From Fibrobacterota bacterium (GTDB taxonomy: Bacteria > Fibrobacterota > Fibrobacteria > UBA11236): DNA of 10,674 nucleotides. The translations under genes were made by a program, and so were the position numbers. The DNA is taken from the NCBI GenBank assembly GCA_043753995.1, contig JAYUVP010000264.1, forward strand, positions 1-10,674, given 5' to 3'. This document shows, piece after piece, positions 1 through 6,945 of the stretch (positions are counted from its first letter, which is position 1; every line of letters begins with the position of its first letter). The notes beneath the pieces are model-generated. The model searched no databases, was not told where the DNA came from, and saw nothing but the letters and a program-made list of their open reading frames with translations.

Positions 1-57
1 CAGTTGTTTCCAAATAGCCAGAGACCGGCGGAAGGCGAGGCTGGCCGCGGCGCCTGA
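1..57 (+). CDS. 3' end of an upstream gene, possibly TIGR02147/DUF4423 family (partial, runs off the window)
   Basis: Frame 1 reads QLFPNSQRPAEGEAGRGA-stop (TGA 55-57). QLFP near the C-terminus resembles the ...QLN(I/L)QLFP ending I recall for TIGR02147 proteins, which often precede lipoprotein genes in Fibrobacterota. Only 18 codons are visible. Confidence 0.4.
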   Translation, partial: QLFPNSQRPAEGEAGRGA

Positions 58-112
58 GGGTGCCCGGCCGCATGTAGGCATGGGGCGAGGACATCACCAT
101 ACGAAAAGAATC

Positions 113-1555
113 ATGAACCGCCCCTTTTGCAAAGCGGCTTCGGTCGGAATTTGGCCTCAAGCCTGGATGTCTTTTCTGATTTTGGTTCTAGGAACATTTT
201 TATTGCAAGGTTGCGGGTTGGGTCCTGATCGGGTGGCCGGAACCAGTTCCGGTGTAGACAATCCCCAACTCACCGTAGCCTTTTCCGATAGCACAGGCAC
301 ACCGGCAGCCTTCTCCGGCACCCTTAGCCTCTATAACCAAGATCAAAATCCTGCTTTAGATGCACAGCCCCTGGCTTCATTGCGCATAGACAATCGCGCC
401 TACGTGACTCTATCAGGTCTCGATTTTTCGCGCAGCGATTCTTTACAATGGCTTTCCCTTGCCGGCTCTCAAGGCCTATTCAAAGCCGCGACCATGCCCT
501 TGGATTCCCTTGTCGCCTTCAATGTCTATTTGCGTACCGATGATAAGCAAGGGGCCTTCGCCACGGGATTTCGCTACGATGCGCGCAAGCACCGCTTCTT
601 GAGGGAGAATGATTCCACCTTAACCAGAGTTTCGCTTTCACCTAAAGCCTTGGTCACGGTGCAAGCTGCCATTACGCGAAATGGAAAGGGCGAAGGCCTG
701 GAGCGGGTTTTCATTCCCGGCACGCCTTTTGTCGCCGTTTTGGTTGAATCTCTTTTCACCTTTGATGAATTGCCGGAGGGCCTCTTCGATTTGAAAATTC
801 TCACCGGCGAGGGCAACCTGCTTCCGGTTCGTCAGGCATTGAATCCCCATCTCCCAGGGCATTTCAATGTCGATGATTCAGGCAAGGAGAACCCACCGGA
901 CCCGAAGCCAACCGAGCCTGATTTCTCGGTATTTGCAGGGGAAGACCATTCCACTACCGTTCAATCGCCTTCTTTTCTGGAAGGCCGAATCGTAGGCTCT
1001 CTGGGAAGTGGCAAACATGTCTCTTGGTTATGGCGCCAAATCGAGGGTCCGGGTTCCATGGCCGTCTTTCGCTCTCCGACCGAACCCAAAACCGTAGTGA
1101 CCTTTTCACAACCCGGATTGTATCGCTTCGAGCTTGCCGCCGGAGTCGGGTCGGTGATTCGTCTGGATACCGTTATGATTGCTGTTGAGGCATCCAATTT
1201 GGACTTGGTGCGGTTTATCATACCCTTTACTGGCCAAGTGTTGACCCAGGGTCATGACCTGCATATTTCTTGGCAAGGGCAAAAAGAAGAACGTCTCAGC
1301 CTTCAGTTTTCCGCCGATAGTGGCAAAGCCTTCACTGCTATTGGCAATGAGATTAAATCCCGCCCTGGCATCAATGAATACGGTTGGGATTTTGGTAATC
1401 TGCCCGTAACTGAATCGGCCGTGTTACGGTTGATCAATGATGCAGGAGGTACGGTTATGCGGTCCGGAGTCTTTTCGATTCGAAAACCGCCACCCATCGA
1501 AATGCCGCCGCAGCCGCATATCGAAATACCGCCGCCGCATAATGGCATGCCCTAA
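113..1555 (+). CDS. Putative lipoprotein with tandem beta-sandwich/Ig-like domains (carboxypeptidase-regulatory-like, PKD/REJ-like, C-terminal Ig-like) and a Pro-rich tail
   Basis: Long ORF, open from ATG 80 with alternative ATGs at 113 and 167, so the start is uncertain. Hydrophobic FLILVLGTFLL is followed by lipobox LQGC (Cys codon 212-214) and a G/S tether VAGTSSGVDNP. VFIPGTPF...FTFDELPEGLFDL resembles a carboxypeptidase-regulatory-like fold. VFAGED...SWLWRQIEGP...VTFSQPGLYRFEL (~920-1190) is PKD-like. PFTGQVL...HISWQG...LQFSADSGKAF...YGW (~1205-1480) is Ig-like. Confidence 0.8.
   Translation: MNRPFCKAASVGIWPQAWMSFLILVLGTFLLQGCGLGPDRVAGTSSGVDNPQLTVAFSDSTGTPAAFSGTLSLYNQDQNPALDAQPLASLRIDNRAYVTLSGLDFSRSDSLQWLSLAGSQGLFKAATMPLDSLVAFNVYLRTDDKQGAFATGFRYDARKHRFLRENDSTLTRVSLSPKALVTVQAAITRNGKGEGLERVFIPGTPFVAVLVESLFTFDELPEGLFDLKILTGEGNLLPVRQALNPHLPGHFNVDDSGKENPPDPKPTEPDFSVFAGEDHSTTVQSPSFLEGRIVGSLGSGKHVSWLWRQIEGPGSMAVFRSPTEPKTVVTFSQPGLYRFELAAGVGSVIRLDTVMIAVEASNLDLVRFIIPFTGQVLTQGHDLHISWQGQKEERLSLQFSADSGKAFTAIGNEIKSRPGINEYGWDFGNLPVTESAVLRLINDAGGTVMRSGVFSIRKPPPIEMPPQPHIEIPPPHNGMP
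1496..1540 (+). repeat. Imperfect in-frame tandem duplication (24 + 21 nt) encoding IEMPPQPH / IEIPP-PH
   Basis: atcgaaatgccgccgcagccgcat (1496-1519) is immediately followed by atcgaaataccgccgccgcat (1520-1540). Confidence 0.8.
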
Positions 1556-1564
1556 TTCGGACTC

Positions 1565-1603
1565 AAAAAAAAACCGCCATCCTGAGGATGGCGGTTTGAA
1601 TTT
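1565..1603. terminator. Rho-independent terminator between convergent genes; strong for aconitase (-), possibly bidirectional
   Basis: Perfect inverted repeat AAACCGCCATCC (1571-1582) / GGATGGCGGTTT (1586-1597) with loop TGA. A9 at 1565-1573 gives a U9 tail on the minus strand, and TTTGAATTT follows the stem on the plus strand. Confidence 0.9.
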
Positions 1604-1618
1604 GGCTGAGGCCTCACC

Positions 1619-3871
1619 TTACTGAATCAGATTGAGAGCGGAACCCGCTTTAAACCAGGCGATTTGCTCCACATTGAAGGTATGCGCGACTTCAAAGCTT
1701 TCAATGGTGCCGTCGGCATGATTTAGGGTCACGGTCAGGTTCTTGCCGGGAGCGAAGCTCGATAGACCCGTGATGCTCACCTTGTCGTCCTCGCGCACCT
1801 TGTCATAGTCGGCGGGGTTGGCGAAGCGCAAGGGTAGCATACCTTGCTTCTTGAGATTGGTTTCATGAATACGAGCCAAGCTCTTAGTGATGATGGCCCG
1901 CCCCCCCAGGAAACGCGGGCACATGGCAGCATGTTCCCGTGAACTGCCTTCTCCATAATTCTCCTCACCGAAAACCACCCAACCCAGGCCACGCTTCTGG
2001 TAGTCGCGGGCAATGGCGGAATATGTTTTGTCGGTTTCGCCGGACTCGACATTTTTGCCCTTGCCGATGGCACCGCCAAAGGCATTGGTCGCGCCTAAGA
2101 ACGCATTGTCACTGATCTTATCGAGATGGCCGCGAAAGGCCAGCCATTTTCCTGCCGGTGAAATGTGATCGGTGGTGCATTTGCCATTGGCTTTGACCAG
2201 CACCCGGCAGCCAGTAATTTCCTTCCCGTCCCAAGGGGCGAAGGGTTTGAGCAATTGCAGGCGGGGGCTATTGCTGTCTACCGCCACAGTCACGCTGGAG
2301 CCGTCTTCTGCAGGAGGGACGAAGCCGCCGTCATTAAAGGCAAAGCCCTTGGCAGGCAAGGCATCTGCTATTGGCGGCGTCAATTTGAAAGAGGTGCCGT
2401 CGGCGCTTTTCAAAGAATCGGTCAAGGGATTAAAGCGCAAATCACCGGCAATGGCTAACGCCGTGACGATTTCGGGCGATCCGATAAAGGCCAAGGTTTC
2501 ATTATTGCTGTCCTGGCGGCCGCGGAAATTACGGTTAAAAGACGTTATGATGCTATTGCGCGTACCGGCGGCCATTTCCTTACGATTCCATTGGCCGATG
2601 CAAGGTCCGCAAGCATTCGCCATCACGGTCGCGCCCATATTATCAAGAGTGGCGAGGTAACCGTCGCGTTTCGTGGTGTCGAAAACCTGCTCTGAACCCG
2701 GGCTGACGAAAAAGCGAGATTTCGAAACCAGGCCTTTATCGAGGGCTTGCTTGGCCACAAAGGCAGCACGCCCCACGTCTTCATAGGAGGAATTGGTGCA
2801 AGAACCGATGAGGGCCGCGCTGAGATCGGACGGATAACCCTCTTTTTCGATTTCCGCCTTGAAGGCGGAAATGGGACGAGCCTTATCGGGTGTGTGCGGG
2901 CCGACCACATAGGGTTCAAGCGAGCTTAAGTCGATTTCGATGACTTCGTCATAATATTTCTCGGGCGCGGCCGTCACTTCGGGATCGGGGCGCAAATAGG
3001 CCGCATATTTCTCAGCCAAGTCGGCCACATCGGCGCGGCGAGTCAAGCGTAAATAGTCGCCCATGGCCTTGTGATAAGGAAAGAGCGAACATGTGGCGCC
3101 GAGCTCAGCACCCATATTGGTGATGGTGGCCTGGGCTGTGCAAGACAAGGTCTCCACACCTTCGCCGAAATATTCGATGATTTTATTAGTGCCGCCTTTC
3201 ACCGTCAAGATTTCGAGCAGCTTCAGAATCACGTCCTTGCCCGAAGTCCAGCCACTCATTTTGCCCTTGAGGCGCACACCCGTGATCTTGGGATATAGCA
3301 CTTCCCATGGCATGCCAACCATGACATCAACAGCATCGCCGCCACCCACGCCCACGGCAACCATGCCGAGTCCGCCCGCATTGGGGGTATGCGAATCCGT
3401 GCCGATCATCATGCCGCCAGGGAAGGCATAATTCTCGAGAACGACTTGATGAATAATGCCTGAACCCGGTTTCCAAAAACCCATGCCGTATTTTTTCGCG
3501 GCGGAGGCCAAGAAGGCATAAACCTCTTTATTGCTGTCATTGGCGATTTTCACGTCGTCGCTCGCACCTTCCTGGGCGATGATCAAGTGATCGCAATGCA
3601 CGGTCGTTGGCACAGCCACCTGAGGCTTGCCTGCTTGCATGAATTGCAAGATCGCCATTTGGGCTGTGGCGTCTTGCATGGCCACGCGATCGGGGCGCAG
3701 CAGGGCAAAGCTCTTGCCGCGAATCATGGCGCTCTGCTGTTTGTCATGCAGATGCGACCAAAGGATTTTTTCTCCCAAGGTCAGGGGCTGGCCCAAGACC
3801 TTGCGGGCATAGGCATGAGTGGCCTCGAAAGAGGCGTAAAGAGCGGCGATATTGACTTGGCTGGATGGCAT
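1619..3871 (-). CDS. acnA: Aconitate hydratase, mitochondrial-like (Bacteroidetes-type) [4Fe-4S] aconitase, 750 aa
   Basis: Motifs [48 protein letters not shown] (cluster Cys), [11 protein letters not shown] (two cluster Cys), [18 protein letters not shown] and [13 protein letters not shown]. The ~750-aa length and motif wording match mitochondrial-type aconitase rather than the ~890-aa AcnA/IRP group or AcnB. Confidence 0.97.
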   Translation of the reverse strand: MPSSQVNIAALYASFEATHAYARKVLGQPLTLGEKILWSHLHDKQQSAMIRGKSFALLRPDRVAMQDATAQMAILQFMQAGKPQVAVPTTVHCDHLIIAQEGASDDVKIANDSNKEVYAFLASAAKKYGMGFWKPGSGIIHQVVLENYAFPGGMMIGTDSHTPNAGGLGMVAVGVGGGDAVDVMVGMPWEVLYPKITGVRLKGKMSGWTSGKDVILKLLEILTVKGGTNKIIEYFGEGVETLSCTAQATITNMGAELGATCSLFPYHKAMGDYLRLTRRADVADLAEKYAAYLRPDPEVTAAPEKYYDEVIEIDLSSLEPYVVGPHTPDKARPISAFKAEIEKEGYPSDLSAALIGSCTNSSYEDVGRAAFVAKQALDKGLVSKSRFFVSPGSEQVFDTTKRDGYLATLDNMGATVMANACGPCIGQWNRKEMAAGTRNSIITSFNRNFRGRQDSNNETLAFIGSPEIVTALAIAGDLRFNPLTDSLKSADGTSFKLTPPIADALPAKGFAFNDGGFVPPAEDGSSVTVAVDSNSPRLQLLKPFAPWDGKEITGCRVLVKANGKCTTDHISPAGKWLAFRGHLDKISDNAFLGATNAFGGAIGKGKNVESGETDKTYSAIARDYQKRGLGWVVFGEENYGEGSSREHAAMCPRFLGGRAIITKSLARIHETNLKKQGMLPLRFANPADYDKVREDDKVSITGLSSFAPGKNLTVTLNHADGTIESFEVAHTFNVEQIAWFKAGSALNLIQ

Positions 3872-3877
3872 AGCTGT

Positions 3878-3883
3878 TTCCTC
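3878..3883 (-). promoter_or_regulatory. Shine-Dalgarno site of aconitase
   Basis: Minus strand reads TTGAGGAAACAGCT-ATG, with GAGG 8 nt upstream of the start codon. Confidence 0.75.
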
Positions 3884-4014
3884 AAGGGGGCTCGCAAATC
3901 CGCGGTGGGCGTGGGCTGCGGCGAAAGGGGAAGGGTAGCTATTTCGGGTATTTTCGCGGCCCCTGGAAATGGGGTGAACGGAGCTTTGGGTGGGAGTTGT
4001 GCGCTCTCTCTTCT

Positions 4015-4413
4015 TCAGATATCGGCAAGATAGGGCTGATATTGCTTATCGCTACCCAAAATATGCCTGGTAAGCCAGGTTTTTAGAAAATTGGCCAATT
4101 TGGCGGCGGTTTCATTGCTGGAGGACTGTAAATAATCCTGGGCCAACTTTTCGACCGTTTTCAGCAATTCTTCATGCTCTTTTTTGTGATTGGTCAAGTC
4201 CGGATAATGCGTCTTTTCCATGAGGCTTTCTTCGGTACGGAAATGCTTTATGGTTAAGGTGAGAAGCTGGGCCAATTCTTGGCGCGCTTGCTGCATATTG
4301 CGATTCAAATGGGCTGTGTAATAGCTTTGCATCAAGCCTATGAGGGCCTTATGCTGTTCGTCCATGTGACTATTGCCCACGGAGTACGCGGGTCTCCATT
4401 CGAACTTAGACAT
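4015..4413 (-). CDS. Single-domain bacteriohemerythrin (non-heme di-iron O2-binding protein), 132 aa
   Basis: From ATG 4413: MSKFEW...[12 protein letters not shown]...HFRTEE..M....YP....HKKEH...[10 protein letters not shown]. All seven canonical iron ligands are present (H21, H57, E61, H76, H80, H117, D122). The GTG at 4452 in the ORF track overlaps a predicted promoter, so 4413 is preferred. Confidence 0.95.
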   Translation of the reverse strand: MSKFEWRPAYSVGNSHMDEQHKALIGLMQSYYTAHLNRNMQQARQELAQLLTLTIKHFRTEESLMEKTHYPDLTNHKKEHEELLKTVEKLAQDYLQSSSNETAAKLANFLKTWLTRHILGSDKQYQPYLADI

Positions 4414-4421
4414 ACCCGACC

Positions 4422-4449
4422 ATTGTACTGCCGGGAAGGGCTTTTTCAA
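4422..4449 (-). promoter_or_regulatory. Sigma70-type promoter of the hemerythrin gene (TTGAAA-N16-TACAAT)
   Basis: Minus strand: TTGAAA (4449-4444), 16-nt spacer, TACAAT (4427-4422), then 8 nt to the ATG. Each hexamer is a 5/6 match to TTGACA or TATAAT. Confidence 0.7.
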
Positions 4450-4464
4450 CACTCGGCTAAGGCT

Positions 4465-6342
4465 TCAACGCCGGGCGAGCCATTCGGTGAAGGTTTTAGC
4501 TAAGGTGTCGAAACCTCCGGGCCCTTCATTGTCGGCAATAATTTCATCGCCATGGACGACTTGGATGTGGGCGTCAAGTTGTACGGGACCGGAATAGGCT
4601 GCGGTCTGCGAAGCCTTGGTGAGATCGTTTTCGGCTTCCGCCATGGCGACATCCAGCGGACGAGTGGCCTCTTCGACGATGGCATCGGCGGAAAAGGGCG
4701 TTCCCGTCAAATCCTGAACCAAGTCCAAGAAGCTGCGGCTATTTCCGGGAGCCCAATAGGTGGCGGCGAGATCGCGGCCGATTTGGGGATTGTCGGCCAA
4801 AACCCCGTCGCGGTTTTGGAAAAAGCGCCGGGTTTGCTGCACGGCCATTTCCGCGAGGATATAGCCGTGATAATAAGCCGAGCTTTCCCCTGAGAGCAAA
4901 TGCGGCACGGAGAGCACGGGTCGCACGCCTTCCCGCAAGCCTTGCATTTCCTGTTCGATGCCGCGTAAGGTGGCGGTGACCTTTTCCGGTGTCAAATCGC
5001 TTTCGGGCATTTCATAGAGCGCCTTTTCGGCATAGCAAATGGTGAGCATAGCGCGCACCTGAAAAGCCTTCCAGGGATGATGGGCAGCCAAATTTTCGCG
5101 CAACAAGGCCGCCGGCAGGGGGGTGCCCTGCGCGTTACGGGCATAGCGCGCCACCCAATCGGGTGATTCGATGAGACTGTCGAGAAACATGCTTTGCGTT
5201 TCGGCGAGCGCTACCGAGGTGGGGGCGTATTCCTGGGAAAAGCAAGGCGCGGGCATGAGAATATTGCTGAAATGGGCGGCATGGCCGCCCTCATGAAAGA
5301 GGGTTTCGGTGGCGCGATGGCCTGATCCGATTTGGCCCGGTAGGGCATTGGCGGTGAAATTGATGGTGGCTGGCTGCCATATTCCGCGATCCATCCAAGC
5401 GGGCAAGGGCCCATGCATAAATCCGTTTTCATACTTGCCGGAGCGATCGAGTAAATCCAAAGTGAGAGTTGCGCCGCGATAGCGAATACCTAAGGCGGTG
5501 AAAGATCGTCCCCAGCGGAGAAGCGCATCGCCGAAGCTGAAATAGGGATCGAGCTTAGCCGTGAGGTCGCCAGCCATGAGATAGGGCAAGTTATAGCCTT
5601 CGCGAGCCATGGGACCATGCCGCTTTTCGGCTTCGGCGACGGCGGCCGAACCGGCATGCCTGGTTTTCGCCACCAAGTCGTCCAGGATTTCGAAGAGGCG
5701 TTTCTTGGAAAACCCTTCATTGCGACTGACCTTGAAGTCGTAATAATCCTCATAGCCCAGCATGCGCCCCAGGGCATTGCGGGCCTTCACGATTTCAAGA
5801 AATCCACCGCGCAACACTTCGCCTTCAATGCTTTGCAAGCCACGATAGGCTGCCTGGCGCAGGGCAGGGTCGGGGGAGGTGCGCAAAAGCAATCCCAATT
5901 TGATCGAGCTGGCTGGCACAAAGCCCGCGCCATGCGGATCTTGATATCCCAGCTTCATGGCACCGCGGACCTTTGCCAGGTCGTCTTCCAAACCCACGAT
6001 GCGGGTTTGCAAATCGCGGGCGGCTTGGCTTTCGATGGTATGCGCCGTGAAGAAGCGCTGCCAGCCTTCTAGGCCAAGGCGATCGATGGCAGTCAGGGAA
6101 GGAATGGCCAAGGCCTCACGGAGGCGTGGCATATAGCCGGGATTGGCACAGAAGGTTTGCCACGCGATTTCCTGTTTTGCGAATTCGCCAGGGACCTGGG
6201 CACGGAGCGCCATTTTCTCGCGCCAAAAGGCTTCTTCTTTGCCGCGATGGACGCGTAAATAGCCTTGATTCAATTCATGAAGCAGGGGATGAAAGGAACC
6301 TGGGTCTAGCGGCAAGGGGGGAGCGATTTTGGAGTCAAGCAT
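4465..6342 (-). CDS. M3-family zinc oligopeptidase (oligopeptidase A/thimet oligopeptidase-like), 625 aa, cytoplasmic
   Basis: TLFHEGGHAAH (HEXXH at 5281-5295), downstream third-ligand Glu in AETQSMFLD, DLLDRSGKY, RN.LGRMLGYEDY and H......SAYYHGYILAE are typical of M3 peptidases. No signal peptide is seen. Confidence 0.9.
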   Translation of the reverse strand: MLDSKIAPPLPLDPGSFHPLLHELNQGYLRVHRGKEEAFWREKMALRAQVPGEFAKQEIAWQTFCANPGYMPRLREALAIPSLTAIDRLGLEGWQRFFTAHTIESQAARDLQTRIVGLEDDLAKVRGAMKLGYQDPHGAGFVPASSIKLGLLLRTSPDPALRQAAYRGLQSIEGEVLRGGFLEIVKARNALGRMLGYEDYYDFKVSRNEGFSKKRLFEILDDLVAKTRHAGSAAVAEAEKRHGPMAREGYNLPYLMAGDLTAKLDPYFSFGDALLRWGRSFTALGIRYRGATLTLDLLDRSGKYENGFMHGPLPAWMDRGIWQPATINFTANALPGQIGSGHRATETLFHEGGHAAHFSNILMPAPCFSQEYAPTSVALAETQSMFLDSLIESPDWVARYARNAQGTPLPAALLRENLAAHHPWKAFQVRAMLTICYAEKALYEMPESDLTPEKVTATLRGIEQEMQGLREGVRPVLSVPHLLSGESSAYYHGYILAEMAVQQTRRFFQNRDGVLADNPQIGRDLAATYWAPGNSRSFLDLVQDLTGTPFSADAIVEEATRPLDVAMAEAENDLTKASQTAAYSGPVQLDAHIQVVHGDEIIADNEGPGGFDTLAKTFTEWLARR

Positions 6343-6349
6343 GAATGCA

Positions 6350-6355
6350 ATTGTA
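6350..6355 (-). promoter_or_regulatory. Putative -10 box (TACAAT) 7 nt upstream of the M3 peptidase ATG
   Basis: Minus strand: ...GTGCAT-TACAAT-TGCATTC-ATG, with no SD. Candidate -35 hexamers TTGATT (14-nt spacer) and TTGAAT (19-nt spacer) are both non-optimal. Confidence 0.5.
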
Positions 6356-6371
6356 ATGCACTAAACCGAAA

Positions 6372-6749
6372 TCAATTCAAGGCAACACCATATTTCGCTT
6401 CGGCTTCCTGTAAGGTGGGCACCACTTCGAAGACCGAGGTGAGATGAGCGCCATCCAGCAATTTCAGGATTTCAGCGGGGACATCCACGAAAACCACTTG
6501 GCAATGCCGCGCATCGAGCATGGCCTTCTGTTGCAGAAATAATGTCATGGCCAAGGAGTCGAGAGCTTTGAGGCCTCGAAAGCTTACGAAAAGACTGCCT
6601 TGTAAATATTTGGCGGCCTTATTGAAAGCATGGGTGAGCCGGTGCGAGTTTTGGCCGCAGAGGTTGCCCGCTATGCCGAGAAAGCCATTGCGGGCTCCGA
6701 ACCCAAGCGTGTATTGCACGTCGCCGAAAATCAAATCCATGACAGCCAT
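6372..6749 (-). CDS. STAS-domain protein (anti-sigma-factor antagonist, SpoIIAA/RsbV-like), 125 aa
   Basis: I.GNL...NSHRL, VSFRGLKALDSLAMTLF (D64-S65 aligns with the DS phospho-acceptor motif) and V...ILKLLDGAHLTSVFEVVPTLQEA (the typical L..VF.I..T.EEA ending). Confidence 0.85.
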   Translation of the reverse strand: MAVMDLIFGDVQYTLGFGARNGFLGIAGNLCGQNSHRLTHAFNKAAKYLQGSLFVSFRGLKALDSLAMTLFLQQKAMLDARHCQVVFVDVPAEILKLLDGAHLTSVFEVVPTLQEAEAKYGVALN

Positions 6750-6777
6750 ATCTTCATGTTACCGGCGGCGAATCTCG

Positions 6778-6866
6778 ATGGCGACAAGATTTACAATGAA
6801 CCCTGGGAGTGGTTGTTCCGCTGCGGTCTAGGCAGAGTCAGATCGCAAATGGATCTTCATCGCCAT
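6778..6866 (+). other. Candidate structured cis-regulatory RNA upstream of pyrE (unassigned family)
   Basis: A hand-folded closing stem 6778-6793/6850-6866 encloses two hairpins (6808-6822 and 6823-6846). Its G-U pairs work only on the plus strand. See findings. Confidence 0.35.
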
Positions 6867-6945
6867 GACCCAAATCGTACGAAGTACAGCCTCAGCGCTT
6901 GTTATTTTTGCCAGACTTTCACCTTGACTTCCTAGGTCGTCCGAC

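Noticed and set aside
3869..3882. Minus strand AGGAAACAGCTATG is identical over 14 nt to the E. coli lacZ RBS / M13-reverse primer site, suggesting vector contamination or an engineered construct
   Set aside because: The flanks differ from lac (here CCCCTTG before and CCATCC after; lac has TTTCACAC before and ACCATG after), and there is no lac operator or other vector sequence. It is best read as a coincidental native SD plus ATG.
3872..4014. Iron-responsive-element-like hairpin in the aconitase leader
   Set aside because: No CAGUG-loop stem is present, only a 4-bp CCCC/GGGG hairpin. Mitochondrial-type aconitases are also not the IRP-like RNA-binding group.
4414..4452. 13-aa N-terminal extension of hemerythrin from GTG 4452 (ORF track)
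   Set aside because: Hemerythrins typically begin a few residues before the first Trp (MSKFEW), and the extension coincides with a near-consensus -35/-10 promoter.
6750..6945. 6S RNA, suggested by the ~200-bp gap and the short words TACAGCCT and TTCACCTTGA that also occur in E. coli ssrS
   Set aside because: The two words are in the opposite order to E. coli 6S, and I could not fold the region into the long rod with a central bubble.
6778..6945. PyrR-binding attenuator or ykkC-type PRPP riboswitch upstream of pyrE
   Set aside because: There is no ARUCC-NGNGAGGYU PyrR loop, no strong terminator and no ykkC core beyond a CCCUGGGAG word.
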